64,000 nucleotides of DNA from Lama guanicoe (taxonomy: Eukaryota): the NCBI GenBank assembly GCA_013239625.1, contig MU054001.1:2362151-2426150 (forward strand). Reading direction: 5' to 3'. The position numbers were made by a program, and so were the translations under genes. How positions within the stretch are numbered: position 1 is the first letter of the stretch; each line of letters begins with the position of its first letter. This document shows, piece after piece, positions 22,791-35,845 of this stretch. The notes under the pieces are model-generated. The model was not told the DNA's origin, ran no database searches, and worked only from the letters and a program-made list of their open reading frames with translations.

Positions 22791-25700
22791 TTTATGCTGC
22801 TATTCAATGTCCCTTGCTTAAAGATTTTATAGGCTGATTACTTTACACATTTCCTGAACAACTGACAGGATATCTTAAGGAGCCTGTAGCAATGCGTTTA
22901 AAAGAACAAATTCCAAGAACATGTATTGTGGTGGTCCAGCATTTCCCAAGCAATAAATCGCAAAGCCTACCTGGCTGATCCTTCCCCAAGCAGTTGTCAC
23001 CGTGACCCTCCCCTCTCTACCACGCTTGGAATTCCCAGAGGAAAGGGGAGCGCTGCAGACAACAATGTCCCCTCTCCGGCTCTGATCAGGGTTTTATTGT
23101 CAGGAAATCCCCCTTTTCAGGGACTTCATTGTCCGCATCCTCTAACCAGCCAACTTTATGGAAATGAAAAGTTGCTCTTCTTCACAAAAAAAGATTGGGG
23201 GAGATAAAGTGATTAACACTTATTTTGTTCGGGAATCCATCCGAGCTACCATCCTTGAACACTCATTTGGCTTGTTGGAAGGGTAATCTCTTTCAGAAAC
23301 ATTGGACAGAATTGACCAATTCATTATGTATGTAAGTCTGCTTAAGAATGTTTAATTCAGTGAGCCCTCATCTCCTGGCTTCCTAATCTCCTGCCTTGGC
23401 TCTTCTGTTCTCTTTGAGTTTCTGCAACTCATTTCTCCCCTGATTATTGAATCTTTCCCTGAACATTCCAGGCTTGGCAGAATCTCAATGAATAGATTTA
23501 TGGGGGAGAAAAATTCCATACGCTTTTAGTTGGTTGTCGATGACTGGATTGTTCTGGGGTAATTAAACTTGGGCAACTACAGATTTTAGAAAAGTATGAG
23601 AACACGTAAGCCAGTAAGAATGTTGGAGAATGTCTTAGAGGCAGCAGTGGAACATTCTTATAAAAAGTAGCTACTTGGGACAATATGGGCAGTTCCTGGA
23701 GAGCCAATCCTGGAAGATCTAAATGCAAACAAACGAACACTGAGTCCTTCCTGGGCAGACCGATAGTTTTGCTATTTAAATGTAGGAACAAATAATCCAA
23801 TTGTGGGTATCTTTCAGTGGGATGGATTACACCTTTTTTTTTCATATTCTCTTCCTTTTGGATTTACCTGGCAAGTTCGTATTACAGATTAATACAATGT
23901 TAGTACTATAACAGGGAAGGGAGGGAGTGGTAAAAATACAAAAATATTAGGAAATGTTGGGAGGGTGTGTATGTGTATGTATGTATGTGTGCACATGTGC
24001 GTGTGCACATGCATGTGCCTAGACTTCATGGGGCCTAGATGGACTTCCCAGTGGTGGAAAGTAGAGGCCTGAGAAGAGGCCTTCCCTTTAGTTACTGCCT
24101 TTCTAGTTCGTGCCTCTACTACCTCTGATCGCAAAGAAGCAATGAAATAAATTCATATATGCTTGACAGTAGCCACTGATTTGAAATTAATGTTTGTGCC
24201 TCTAGGTGTAGCTGGTAAAGTTGCTGATGGCTGGCTGCATGCTTCCTAGCGAGTGGCCAGATGCCAGAAGTAGAATGTGATTTATTATTTTATTTTGTAT
24301 GTGTTCTACTGTCTCAGTAATTTAGGTAGGTCCTCTAGACTCCAGATAAGTTTTTTTTTTTCCCATTTCCTTTCCAGTAGGAGGGCTTCAGGGAAAAGGA
24401 CAGAAGAAAAAGAAAAAGAGAAAACAACCCCACAAACTTACTCAAGCAAATTGTTACCTTTTAACAAATACGCAGGTGGCCGCACTGCCCGAGTCATCAA
24501 CCTTTGCATCCATCACACGGATTCTCTAGTCATTTTATCCACTGTGTCTGATCCGGTACAGTGAGGTCGGCACATACAGTTGCTGTCAGGTCCTGCGATT
24601 TTATTTTTAAAAAGCCAACTGCCCAAACCTCCTCTTTTTTTTTTTTTCAAATGTCATGCCTTTTAAACTTTTGAATCCAGAATAGAACAAAGGAGCAGTT
24701 TTCTTTTATAATTATCATTCTAGCGAAAGAAACTTTTGGGGGGCATTTTTACCTTCATAGAAGAGCATCGGGGTGGGCATGCTGCGGGGGGGAGGAGGCG
24801 GCATCACAGAGAGTCATGGAGTCATGACGAGGCAGAAAATGGGGGTTCTCAGTGGAGATCTGGAAGGGAGGACACAGGCTGGATTTCGAAGGATTTCTCC
24901 TGGCATGCTTCAGAGTTTGGGCTTTATCTTTTAGGCGCTTTTAAGCTCAAATGTTCTTCAAGGGTGGTGCTTAGATTTCTCTTTTGAAGGGTGGCTGGGA
25001 CTGGTGTGAGGGGTGGCCCTGGGGAGGAGGACCATGGAGGGGTGTGGCCAGGTTCTTGTCACGAGTGTTGGTCCCTTTTCACCATCTGTGGGCAGAGGCA
25101 GGGCCCGGGGGTGTTCATTTCCTTTACGTCTTGTTCAGAAAGTGCTGAAGTCTTCTAATAATATCTCGTGAAGAGACTGTCATCATGTACGCGTACACAC
25201 GGTGATTTGAAATCATTTGCGTATATGGCTCCGTCCATGTAGATCACAGTCATTTTAGGAAGAAAGAATCACAAACATCTAACACATTCATTTGAATTCA
25301 CTTCTCAAATTCCATCTCTAATACAGCCTCTTCTTTCAGGCAATCTAAGGTCTTATCAGAATTATTTTTAAAAACTGAAATAGCCCACTCTTAGGGCCTA
25401 TTGGATTCAGCGAGTTATTAAACTTCACATCTTCCAGGGTGTATTTTTTCTGATGCCATAGTTCAAGATAATGTTTTTTTAATACTACATGCAGAATTCC
25501 AGAGATTCATAATAGCTTATGACATCTTAATGTCCACAGTGACATTCCGCTGGTCATATCCAACTGTGACAAACAGCTCTGTGCTCTATAAAGACGACAG
25601 TCACTAAGTAAAATGCAGGAAGATGCAAACAGTCGCTCGGTCTTATGAATAATGCTGCAGATCCTGAATGTTAATTTTGAAGAAAACACATGCTTAAATT

Positions 25701-26257
25701 TAAAGTTTATGCGTTCAATTCATAGTTCTTTTATTCTTCCAGGAAAAAAAAATTCAAGCAGCTATACTTTAAATGAATTTAATGAACTGCAAAGACTGAC
25801 ATTTTCAGTATAAAAGTCACACTTCATTTAATGAGTAGTTAAATATTGATGCTATATTAAAATACAGGCAGAATAAAAATGGCACAGTGGATTTCAAAAT
25901 AGGAATTCACGGTTCTTTTATGTTGAAAATTTCATGAACGGAAAAAGAAAAAGTATTGTACATCAGAATATCTTCATAAACACAAATATTCTAGTGCAAT
26001 AGCGTATTATTAGCCTGCAGGACCGAAATCCCAGTAGATGAACTGTGTTAAGTCTTTATCTTCACTGTTCGATTCCACGTCAGTCTTTGTTGCCTGAGGA
26101 CCCCACGATGTTAAATGGGGTTCCTGTCTTTAATGGGAAGGATGCTGAAATTATAGGAGTGGAATCTAGTTTCCTTGAACTGACTGACTTGGATATGAAG
26201 GAAAAAAACCACTGTATGTTGATGACTGTTCTAGAAAAATAATTGAGCGAGGTCCTA

Positions 26258-26828
26258 GTGCTCCTGTTAACTCCGCTGCTCAGAACTCTCCCGTGACTCT
26301 CTGACTCATTCGCAGTAAAAGCCAAAGTCCACATGAAGGCCTGAACAGCGGTAACTGGGTGGCCGCCGTGATCTCCTTGACCTCAGCTCCCAGGCGAGGC
26401 TCACTCTGCTCCTGCCGCGCTTGGAAGCTCCGGGCGCCTTCCCATCTCAGGGCTGTTGCTTTCCTTCCTGCGCTCTGCCCCTAACCCCCTTTCTTCAGTC
26501 ATTTTCTTGTTTCACTTCCTCATCTTCTTCGGTCTTTTTTCAAATGTCCTTTCAGGGAGACCTTTATGACCACCCTATTGTGACCTTCTGTGAACCTTCT
26601 GCTCTTTGCCATGATACTCTCCATCCCCCTTCCCCTCTTCATTTGTCTCCATGCGCTTGGTCTTACAACACACACTGCATTTGTTTTACCGGCTCCCTGT
26701 CTCCCCTGTGCTAGGACAGAACCTTGTGAGGACAGAGATTTTTCTCTCCTTTCTTCATTGTGTTATCGCCATTGCCAGCTCTAGAAGACACATTCACGAT
26801 CCATTTGTGGAATGCACAAAGGAATGAA
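26258..26828 (+). mobile_element. LINE L2a 3' region
   Basis: ctgctcagaactctcccgtgactc…agtaaaagccaaagtcc…gtgaggacagagattt…catttgtggaatg…gaatgaa. Confidence 0.75.
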
Positions 26829-26959
26829 GGAAAGTGGTGTGTTTTTTGGGGGGGGGGAGTGGGATTTGCCTGGGAAATATTCCCCATGGTAGTTGCGAAT
26901 GGGGGTCGGGGTATCAGGATAGACTGCTGGCACATAGAATTGGAAGCTATCTGCACGGA

Positions 26960-27066
26960 TAGGGTGACCAACTTGTCTTGGGTTTCCTGGGACTCATTTC
27001 AGTATGAGAGACCCATGTCCTAGAACCCCCTCAGTCTCGGGTAGACCGGGACGGTTGGTCATCTTA
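26960..27066 (+). mobile_element. hAT-Blackjack MER94 MITE
   Basis: TIRs TAGGGTGACCA…TGGTCATCTTA, internal ccccctcagtctcgggtagaccgggacggttggtc, and TSD tgcacgga/cgcacaga (6/8). Confidence 0.85.
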
Positions 27067-27149
27067 CGCACAGAAAACACGCTGGAAGCTCTTAGAGTTT
27101 GCAGAAGGTCAGGGCGCACAAACCCACCAGTCGCAGACACCAGGAGGAT

Positions 27150-27424
27150 GATACATGACTGCAGCCAACTTGGCCGTGTGTGTGTCCAGGGACCCTGGTG
27201 AGCGGAACACAGGCCCCTCTAAAGGGCGTGCCTGGAACTCCACTCTGGCGCCAACCATGGCTCTAGGGAACCATAGGCCAGTGTTGTTTGAGCTCCAAAG
27301 TTTTCAGGGGGATCTAGAAATTTTGATTCTTTGATTTTTATTTTTTCCTTTCAAGTGTTGGCAACTAATTTGAAACTGTCTAAGGATTGCCTGTGGCCTG
27401 TGGGCTGTCACTTGGCAACCTCTG
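27150..27424 (-). mobile_element. MER102-like element
   Basis: cccctctaaaggg…ggccagtgttg…gtgttggcaactaattt…ggcctgtgggctgtcacttggcaacctctg. Confidence 0.6.
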
Positions 27425-27579
27425 CTGGAGTAGACTCGGGGTCCCAATTCTTTAGGAGACAAGGCCTATGGACCTTAATTTTAGGCACTAAAAAAGATAG
27501 TTATTAGATGTTTTTATTGTTTGCAGAGAAGAAATACCATTGTTAGTTGTAAGCAAAGGTTTTATGTAGTTTGCATGGG

Positions 27580-27790
27580 TTATTAGTATTTGTGGCACAT
27601 TTCCAAAAACTATTCTAAGCATTCCACATGTGTTAATACATTTAATCCTCAACTCAATAAAATAAATACTATTAAGGTCCCAATTTACAGATAAGGAAAT
27701 AGAGGCATGGCTAGATTAAATAGCTCATTGAAGGTCACAAGCTGGGAGGTGATAAATCTGGGATTCAAACCCAGCAGGCCAGTTTACTGT
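27580..27790 (-). mobile_element. MIR SINE
   Basis: catttaatcctca…cccaatttacagataaggaaatagaggc…aaggtcaca…ctgggattcaaaccca. Confidence 0.85.
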
Positions 27791-27801
27791 GCTGCTTATC
27801 C

Positions 27802-27986
27802 CCATGCTTCTCAGATTTTAATAAGCATCAGAATCGACTGGAGGGCTTGTTAAAATCCGGATTGCTGGGTCCCACATTCCGAGTTTCTGATTCAGTTGGT
27901 CTGGGGTGGGGCCAGAGAATTTACATGTCTAAGTTTCCCAGGTGATGCGACGCTGCTGTCTCAAGATCTCAGTCTGGGCACCACTG
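27802..27986 (-). mobile_element. MER5A
   Basis: gcatcagaatc…ctggagggcttgttaaaa…gtttctgattcagttggtctggggtggggcc…ttcccaggtgatgc…accactg. Confidence 0.88.
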
Positions 27987-28852
27987 CTGTCACCCACCCT
28001 GAGGCCTCTGAAGGGACCAGGACCATCGGAGAGAATATCCTTGCACCCACTGGAGTTGTGTACACATGGTTGGTCTCAGCAGTCACGCTTGTGTACTCTG
28101 GTGACTACAGTGTCTTCCACACAGGCAGCACTAGACAAAGACAAAACGTATTTAACAGGTATAAAGTGGGTTTTATGTTAAAACGAAGCACTTCCTGGAC
28201 CTTTGTGGTCTTACCAACTTAAGTTTCTTTTCAGCTGTGTCCTGAAGGCCTCTGTGTGTTTCCAGACATCTGACAGAGAAGGTAGGGCTGGCCAGAGATG
28301 GGAGCAAACACTGGGAGGAGTTGGTGCAAGACTAGAGGGAGGTTGGTGATCGTGAGCTCCTGCGATTGGTAGGATGTGATTTGATCTTTAGCTACAAAGA
28401 TATATCATTAAACTGTACTGAATTACATAGAAAGGGTTTCTTTTCCATTTCCCTTTCAGTCTTACTGTATCAGTGTGAAAAATCTCAGTTTGGTACCACG
28501 ATGTCTTTAACACCTAATACTGGCTAATCTCTCTCTCTCTCTCTTTTTTTTTTTTAACAGAGAGATTGAAAGAGGGAGAGGCAAAGACGGAGGGAGGAGG
28601 AGAAGGAGGGATAAAGCAGGGAGAGAGACAGAAAGAGGAGGAAGGGAGGCAATACGGGACTTGGTTACAAACCTTCTGTAGCCAGTAGTCTGCTAGAATG
28701 AAATCGATTATTTTTCTTTCATTGTATTACTTTGGTGGTTATATTCTATTTGTGCTAAAGAATACTGATGTCCCACTTATGGTAGAAAGTTTCCTTTTGT
28801 TAATAAGAAAGCACCACTGTTCTTATTCAAAGGGCTGAGCTAAGAAGAAATC

Positions 28853-29200
28853 AAAGTCCACAATACCTTATCCGTAATTCCCAAATTCTAAAAGCTAAAA
28901 GCTCTGAAAAAAAAAGTTTTGTTTTTTTTTTAAGTTTTAAGGCAACACATTTACAACAGAACCTGAACTGAACTTAGGCAAGACTGTTTTTATTCTGTAT
29001 TTATCTCCCCGTGTGTGAATATTCAGACACTTCTGCTGTGGAGATATTCATGTATTTGATTATGGGGTGCTGCCCTAAACCACTAGAGGTATTATGTCAT
29101 AGATGGAATATGCTTTGTATTACTTTTCTAAATCTTAATAACTCTTGACTGTAAAACCCATCTGGCCCCAAGATTTTGGAAAAGGAAGAATGTGGATCTG
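28853..29200 (-). mobile_element. TcMar-Tigger MER46C-like element
   Basis: TIR-like gtccacaataccttatcc…ggaaaagg…tgtggatctg; body tttgattatggggtgctgccc and catctggccccaag. Confidence 0.8.
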
Positions 29201-29783
29201 CTTTAAATGGCAAAATTCGTAAAGGTGGTATACAAATAATTGAAATCCGGCAGACACTGATCTAGGTTGAGGAGCTGTAATTTGAAGTGAGTGCATTAAC
29301 ATGAGCAGAACAAACGTAAGGCTTCATGGAGTTCCTCAGCTTTGGGTTGCTATAAACAGTGATAGTGGTTGTATCTCTATTTGTTATAACTGTATTTTGC
29401 ATAAGATAAGGTGCTAGTCCTGCTGATCTTTTACAATAAAAGCTTTTCAGGAAAGTTATAATAAACAACATTACTTTCATTGGAAAACTGTAGATATTCA
29501 ACCAAGAGCCAGTTTTTAAATGGATTTAGAGATGCTATCTCAGGATTTTTTTTTTAATGCACTAATTACTCCTGTGGATTTGCTTTTTATGTTTGAGTTT
29601 GAGCGTATCTGACATGGGATATCTGTATCCATAATCCAGTTTCCATTGGCCCTTGGGGCATGGTATTTATATGTCATTTACTACTTCTTACTTGGTAAGA
29701 ACTGATGTCTGGTGTTTAAGCTTGTCTTCTCAGTGTGAAAAATGGCTGATTGCCCAACTATCATATCCCTTTATTTTGCTCAG

Positions 29784-29958
29784 CTGGGATTCACTTCTTT
29801 CACCCAACCCAGTTCAGCAAAGGGACAGAAGAGACAGAAGTGGTAGGAAGACTCAGGTGCTCACAGAACATACAGTGAGGAGGGATTGGGGGCAACCTAG
29901 CTCAGGAGCCAGGCACATTGACAGGAGCCTTGGATTCCTGATAATCACCTATCCCATG
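29784..29958 (+). pseudogene. TOX3: Non-coding orthologue (pseudo-exon/proto-exon) of the human TOX3 isoform-2 alternative coding exon
   Basis: 29884-29958 translates to DWGQPSSGARHIDRSLGFLIITYPM, against the recalled human isoform-2 N-terminus MKCQPRSGARRIEERLHYLITTYLK (12/25 identical, no gaps). Acceptor-like TTTATTTTGCTCAG ends at 29783. There is no ATG at the first codon, and GA replaces GT after the last codon. Confidence 0.7.
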
Positions 29959-32404
29959 GAAAGACCTAACCTGCTGGTGAGGTTGGCTAGTGGATCTTAG
30001 AGGGCTAGTTGACAGTGTGTTTTATCAGTTTGTGTGATGAACAAACTAACCCTTACGTTTCTAGTTTAAATAAGATGAAAGTGTTTGGGAAGAAGGAGGT
30101 GTAGATTTCAATATAAGGTGCATGAGCTAATGTAGATTTCGTGGGCTTTAAACAATTTGTAGCCTCCAAAATATTTGTGGGTAACTCGAGACAGTTTAGC
30201 CTATCCATCTGCCAAGGACATTTGGTGCTGGAAAAGGTTGGTTTTACATGCCTTGAGTGATCCTGTTTCTCTTTGATCTTCTTGGCAGTAAGTTGTCCCT
30301 TAATCATCCCCACTGCGAGGAAGGATTGCCTGATAACAGACGTGTAGCCCTTCTGTATCTTCTTCCAGGTTCTAAATCCAGGCTCATTAGTCATTGTCTT
30401 TGGTGTTTACAGTCAAGTGTAGATTTTGGTAGAAAAACAATTGAAATGATTTACTCAACCACAGAATATTACTGATCATTGAAATGATTCAAATCGAAAC
30501 ATCCTACCATAGAAGAGAGTGTTTGGGAAAGAAGTGCATTGTTCATCATGCTTGAAATCTGTGAGAAATATGTCAATTAAAGCAGTTGTTCTTTTTATTT
30601 ATATTGTTCAGACGGGCAGTAAGCCCCTGATCCTATAGTTACTATAAGGTGCTCATCTCTGTGCCATACAGTATTGCTAGTATTGCGTTTTACCAAAGTA
30701 AATGTAGATATTTGAGAAATATGTTGCTGACAATTCTTGTAAATATTAGAATTCTGTATGGGAATATTGATATTAAAGCTGTATTAGGACTGATACTATT
30801 AGCAGCAATAGAGAGAAGATGTTTTATTAAATACTAATTTCATATGTTATTTAACAAGTAGCTGGCTTTGAGCACATTAATCTCTCTTTTTAATTCAAGG
30901 TTGATGGTCTGGGTCTTACATATTGTATCCCTGAATAGGCCATTCAATAACTATGCAAAATATCTATTTCTCCCTTGGGTATTTGTGCTTTGATATATTC
31001 TGATCCTTATTAAATTTAAACAGGATCAAATTTATACAGTTCTGGCAGAGATTTATTAAAATACACTGAATGGACAGCTTGTGGGAGCGTAGTGTACTGT
31101 AATAACATATGCCTTTTACCAGAGAATAGTAATTATTGAGAATCAAATAAATCTGTAGGAGGTTAAATATATATGGAAAAGATATCAATTGCAGTTCTTC
31201 AAAATGGGTCTGAAATATTATTTGAAGATGCGTTACTGTGCAAAATAACAAACCTCATCCTTTTAGACTCTAAATATTTGGTAATACTTGACATGCAGGT
31301 TTTTAGGGATGTTTTAAATTCCAAAGGGAGGGGGGATTCAGCATTATCAGAGGTGTTAGCTGTGTTTAGCATACTCCATCTGCAGAGGCACCTGTTTTTT
31401 ACTTCGCCCTACTTTTTATTAAATGAAATTGAAAGCATATGCATTATACGGTTTGCAACAAATCATTTTCTGGAACCAGAAATCTGTGTCTCCTTTGCTT
31501 GGGGGTTCAGGAGAAGGATCACAGATGGACTAAGTAGAAACTTTTGTCACAAGTCAGTAGTGTATGTTTTCTAAAAATTGTTTTGGTTCCTAATTTTCTA
31601 TATATTTTCAAAGTGGTCTTGGTGTGTCTAATCTGATTGAAAAGATTGCAGTATTCCCAATTTATTAGGTTTTTTGTTTGTTTGTTTTTGGTGTGCTTAC
31701 AGAGGACAGTTAGGATTTCAATACTCAACTTGCAGGTAAGATACATGTAGCCTATCTGTTCCTTCAGAGCTCTTGTGGCTCCAATATTTTATCCTCCATA
31801 AATTATGTAATTATGTTACATTCATCATCATTAGTGCTTTTCTCGTCTCTTCTATATTTATAGACACTCTTGGCGGCTGGCTAGGGCACCACCAAGGTGA
31901 AGGGCGCTACTGGTGTGGCAAGAGGAGGCTTTGCCACAGCAGACCACGCTGGCTTGCCACTACATCCTTCTCCCAGGATCTGAATGTCTTGGATTCTTTC
32001 TAGTATAGAGGCAGAGGCATAGATAGAGGTGGGCCATTCTTCTTTCCTGGTCAGAATAATCATGAGTGTCGAGTGAGACTAAACTGAAGTGTCCAAGGAA
32101 ATCTAGAGGAAGTGAGTTAAGACACTCCCGAAGTTCCCCCAACCTCTCCTAAATTAGACTGAGCACTGATAAGAGATAGCCAGGGCAGGGTTTAGGAAAT
32201 CCATTTTCTGCTCTGCGTGAATATTGTGTAGCCTAATTTTTGTACTTCTTATTCCTCAACGTATAATCTGTGTGTGTATTTTATTGGAAAATAGCTATGT
32301 GTTCTTTGTGGTATTACATTGGGTCATAATTAATATTTGTGTGTACATGGTAGGTACTCTATAGAAATTATTCTTTGGTTGTCGTGCTACATTAAGGTTT
32401 GGGG

Positions 32405-32590
32405 TTTTATTTTGTCAGATTTATTGAGATACAATTAAATCTGCCAATTTTAAGTGTACAGTTTAAATTTTGACAAACAGATACAGTTGTGAACAACCAT
32501 CCCAGTGATTACACAACATTTCCATCACCAAAACCTTCTTTGTGCTCTTTTGCACAACTTGCCCCCAACTGCTGATCTTCTCTCTGTCTA
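32405..32590 (-). mobile_element. Old L1M 3'-end fragment
   Basis: tttattgagataca…ttttaagtgtacagttt…ttttgacaaa…aacatttccatcacc. Confidence 0.75.
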
Positions 32591-34169
32591 CATGGTGTTT
32601 GTGATGTGCATTTGTGTTTAAGAGAACTAGGTTAAACCAGTAAGTATGTAAATGTTTAGATGTATCCATATTGGCAAGCATTTATAATTAGCATACATTT
32701 TTTTCAATCTTTTCCTACATTTTGGTAACATTGAACCACATTATGAGAAAGAGGAAATGTCAAAAATGTGAGTAAAAACCTTTATATCAGTTATAGTGAA
32801 GAAGACTTTCAAATGCCCCAAATTATTTGTTACTTAGAAAATAATACAGTTCGCTCTGTTGCCAGTTTTTCGTCTTCATTGTTGCTGATGAATGAGACAG
32901 ATTTTTCTAAAAGCCAATAAGTGATGCATCCAGGTCCCTTTCTCCTGCAATTAAATTTTTTCCTTTGTACATCTGTTTCTACATGAGGAAAACATTGTAA
33001 TTTTTCTTTTATCTTGTTAGATGCCCGGGGCTGTGTGGACCTCTTTCCTGAAGTTTGAAGATTGATTAGAAATATCAGATGAGATAATTTAAAAATCTAA
33101 ATGTGTTCATGTTGATCTCTGACTGATTTTCTCAGGTGTCATATCCATGACCATGTTGGATATCTGTGTGAAGTTTGAAGGTTATTTTACATTTTAGGTC
33201 ATCTGTAATACCAAGGCTTTGAACCAAATGAGCTCAAATGACTTTTCAGTTCTGAGGATTTCTTTTCTTTTCTAACAAAATATGTGTGTGTGTTCAATTT
33301 ATGTGTGTGTGTGTGCGTGTGCATAGGTGTGTGTATTCAGATTTTCACACACATGGATTATAAATGAAAAGAAAAGAGAAAAGTCCAAGTGATTCTGCTG
33401 TTGAAATTTTAGAGTCACGTTCGGAAGATTGACTGCAGAGATCATTAAAATAAGAAACTTTCTAGATCTTGATTATACCAATGTGAACAGTGTTGAAGAC
33501 TGAAAGCTGAGTAACATATTTTGCTATCGATAACCCTTAATATCGCTAGCAAAAGAAACAGGATGTTAAAAGGGCAAAAAGAAAAAAAAAGATCAGCTTC
33601 TTCTGTTTTACTTCCTTTAGATTTAGAGAGTAACGTGATCACTAGCTTCATAAATGCCAAGCTCTTAAATCCTTTGCAGTAACAAGAGTATGTTTTAGTG
33701 CTGTTAGAACTTTTGTTTGCACCTGGTGTTACACTTGATCACTGAATAATTGAGTGATAATGACTGTTATTTTTAAGCTAAAGTATAACATCAAGGGAGG
33801 ATGAGAAACACATAATGTCTAACTTCCCAAGGCGGGTAGGGAAAATGTATGTCAAGCTTGGTAGAACTGTTGAAAGTACACGCAGTCATCTGTGGCAACT
33901 CAGAACAGAAGTCATGAAATGATTTGTTCTCCAGCTCAAAAAATCAGACTCTTTTCTTTTTAAATTTCATAAAGATGAAAATTTGAACAAAGAAAAACTA
34001 GTAGAATTTGAATACCAGCGAACTGAGATTAGGAAACTGCCATATCTAGCCGAACACAATCATTCAGGACCAAGGACAGGGCACAGGCATACCTCTCCCC
34101 ACATGACTTTTTTTTTCTTTTTTTTTTTTTGTAAACTCTTTATAGCTATGCTTTTAAGTTATCCATTTG

Positions 34170-34265
34170 CTTCATTTACTCATTCAGCAATGATCTATTG
34201 AGTCCCTACTGCGTGACAAAACAAGACAGGCCGGAGCTCTGCTCTTGTGGGACTTGTATTCTCTT
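34170..34265 (-). mobile_element. L2 3'-end fragment
   Basis: cattcagcaa…tattgagtccctactgcgtg…aacaagacag…ctctgctcttgtgg. Confidence 0.6.
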
Positions 34266-34388
34266 GGGCCCTGTTATAAAGGTAGCTCTTTTATAAAGTT
34301 ATATGTGCTTTCTCTTCTTCTGGGGCTTGGCTCCTCCTCCAAGGTAATTCCTGTCTTCTGTATAAGTACTTCTTCTTAGATTCTCAAC

Positions 34389-34624
34389 CTATTGGTCTTA
34401 TTCCACTGTATTCACCCTCTCATAGTCTTTGCAAGCCTTCTATTTCTGGTGCTGTTGAAATAGTGAGTGCTGTTCTCATCTCAGCTTTTACAACCATATT
34501 GAGAACACAACACCTATTTTTCTTGTTTTTAAATGGCTGTTCCAAAGATGAATGAAAGGTGTTCTGAGTGGTTTAGTGGTTAAGTACCAGTTGGGATCTT
34601 GCTCAAAACCAGTCATGTGGAGTT
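34389..34624 (+). repeat. Local direct duplication, copy 1
   Basis: 34441-34624 aligns without gaps to 35891-36074 with 15 mismatches in 184 nt (hand count). Weaker similarity extends about 50 nt upstream. Confidence 0.95.
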
Positions 34625-34711
34625 AAGTTTCTAAGCATTGGCTCTTGAATTATGGCTGAAACAATACCCAGAAACAGAAGGGAAGACATACAATGTTAAA
34701 TTTAAAAAAGT

Positions 34712-34809
34712 ATTCATTTTATTTTATTTTTAATGGAGGTTCTGGGGATTGAACCCAGGACTTTGTGCATGCTAAGAATTCACTCTACCATGGAGCTATA
34801 CCCTCCCCC
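34712..34809 (-). mobile_element. Vic-1-like camelid tRNA-derived SINE
   Basis: T-rich tail, then ggaggttctggggattgaacccagga…ctctaccatggagctataccctccccc, the reverse complement of the 19162 element head. Confidence 0.88.
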
Positions 34810-34864
34810 AAAAGATATCTCTTTAGACCCCAATAATTTGGAATTTCCTAAACTTGTATATTTG

Positions 34865-35050
34865 AGAGGCAGTCTGATATCATGGAAAAACAGGGGTTTG
34901 GAGCCTAATAACTCTCCCACAATTACCACTTATTAGCTTTGCCCCTTTTATATTATTTAATGTCTCTGAACCATGATTTCTTCAGAAATAATGAGATAGT
35001 AATACCTACCCCAGGACCATTGTAAGGCTTAATGTATGTAAAGCATGTAA
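34865..35050 (+). mobile_element. MIR SINE (degenerate)
   Basis: ggaaaaacaggggtttggagc…ccacttattagct…tctctgaacc…gatagtaatacctacc…ttgtaagg. Confidence 0.65.
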
Positions 35051-35845
35051 AAAGATACATGTGAATTCACTGCCCTCTTTTTAAGTATTTTGTAAGTAAT
35101 GAACTAATGCTTATTTTAAAAGTTCTCCATTTTAGATTTTTCAATTTTAGATTGGCCTTTCCATCCCAATTCTAGGTCACTCTGCTTTTACTCAGTAGAA
35201 TTTTAGTTTTAGAACTGGAATAGAAGCAACACAGGAAAATCATGTCACTTTTATTCTGGAGAGGAAACCAACATTTATTGAGCCCTTGTAGGACCCAAGG
35301 TACGCTGCTAGGATCTCTGCATTTTTTTTAATCTCATTTTAATATGAGAGAAATTGTTGCCAGTGTATTCTCAATTTTTCTCTCATCTAGGCTTTTGTAA
35401 TTTTCATTCATGCCTTTACCCTTGTAACAAATCTAACTGTATGAATGTTGGCGACATATGTTTCTGGTCCTGGGTATCTCTGTACATTGAATATACCAAG
35501 AGGAAGTGGTTACTTATATCACCTTTGTGATGAAAATACCATACATCTTCAGGTATCAGAACACAAAATGTCTCTAGAACCACAGGCAACCTTGTATTTC
35601 CGATTGTTTGGAAGATGGCACTACTGGCAGTGATGGCTCTCAGTTGGCAGCAGTGAAAATGGACACCCAGTTGGCTTTCCTACAGCATATATCCATCACA
35701 GTGCACTTTGGGTAAGGCTGTGGTTTAGTCCGCCTTTTATGTTGGTGTCTCTACCTCTTTTTTCTTAAATTCCATCCCCTCCCCAACCAAAAGGATCGGT
35801 TGCTGGCTCTGCGGACTGTAGCCATTCTTCTCTTGTGATCCACTG

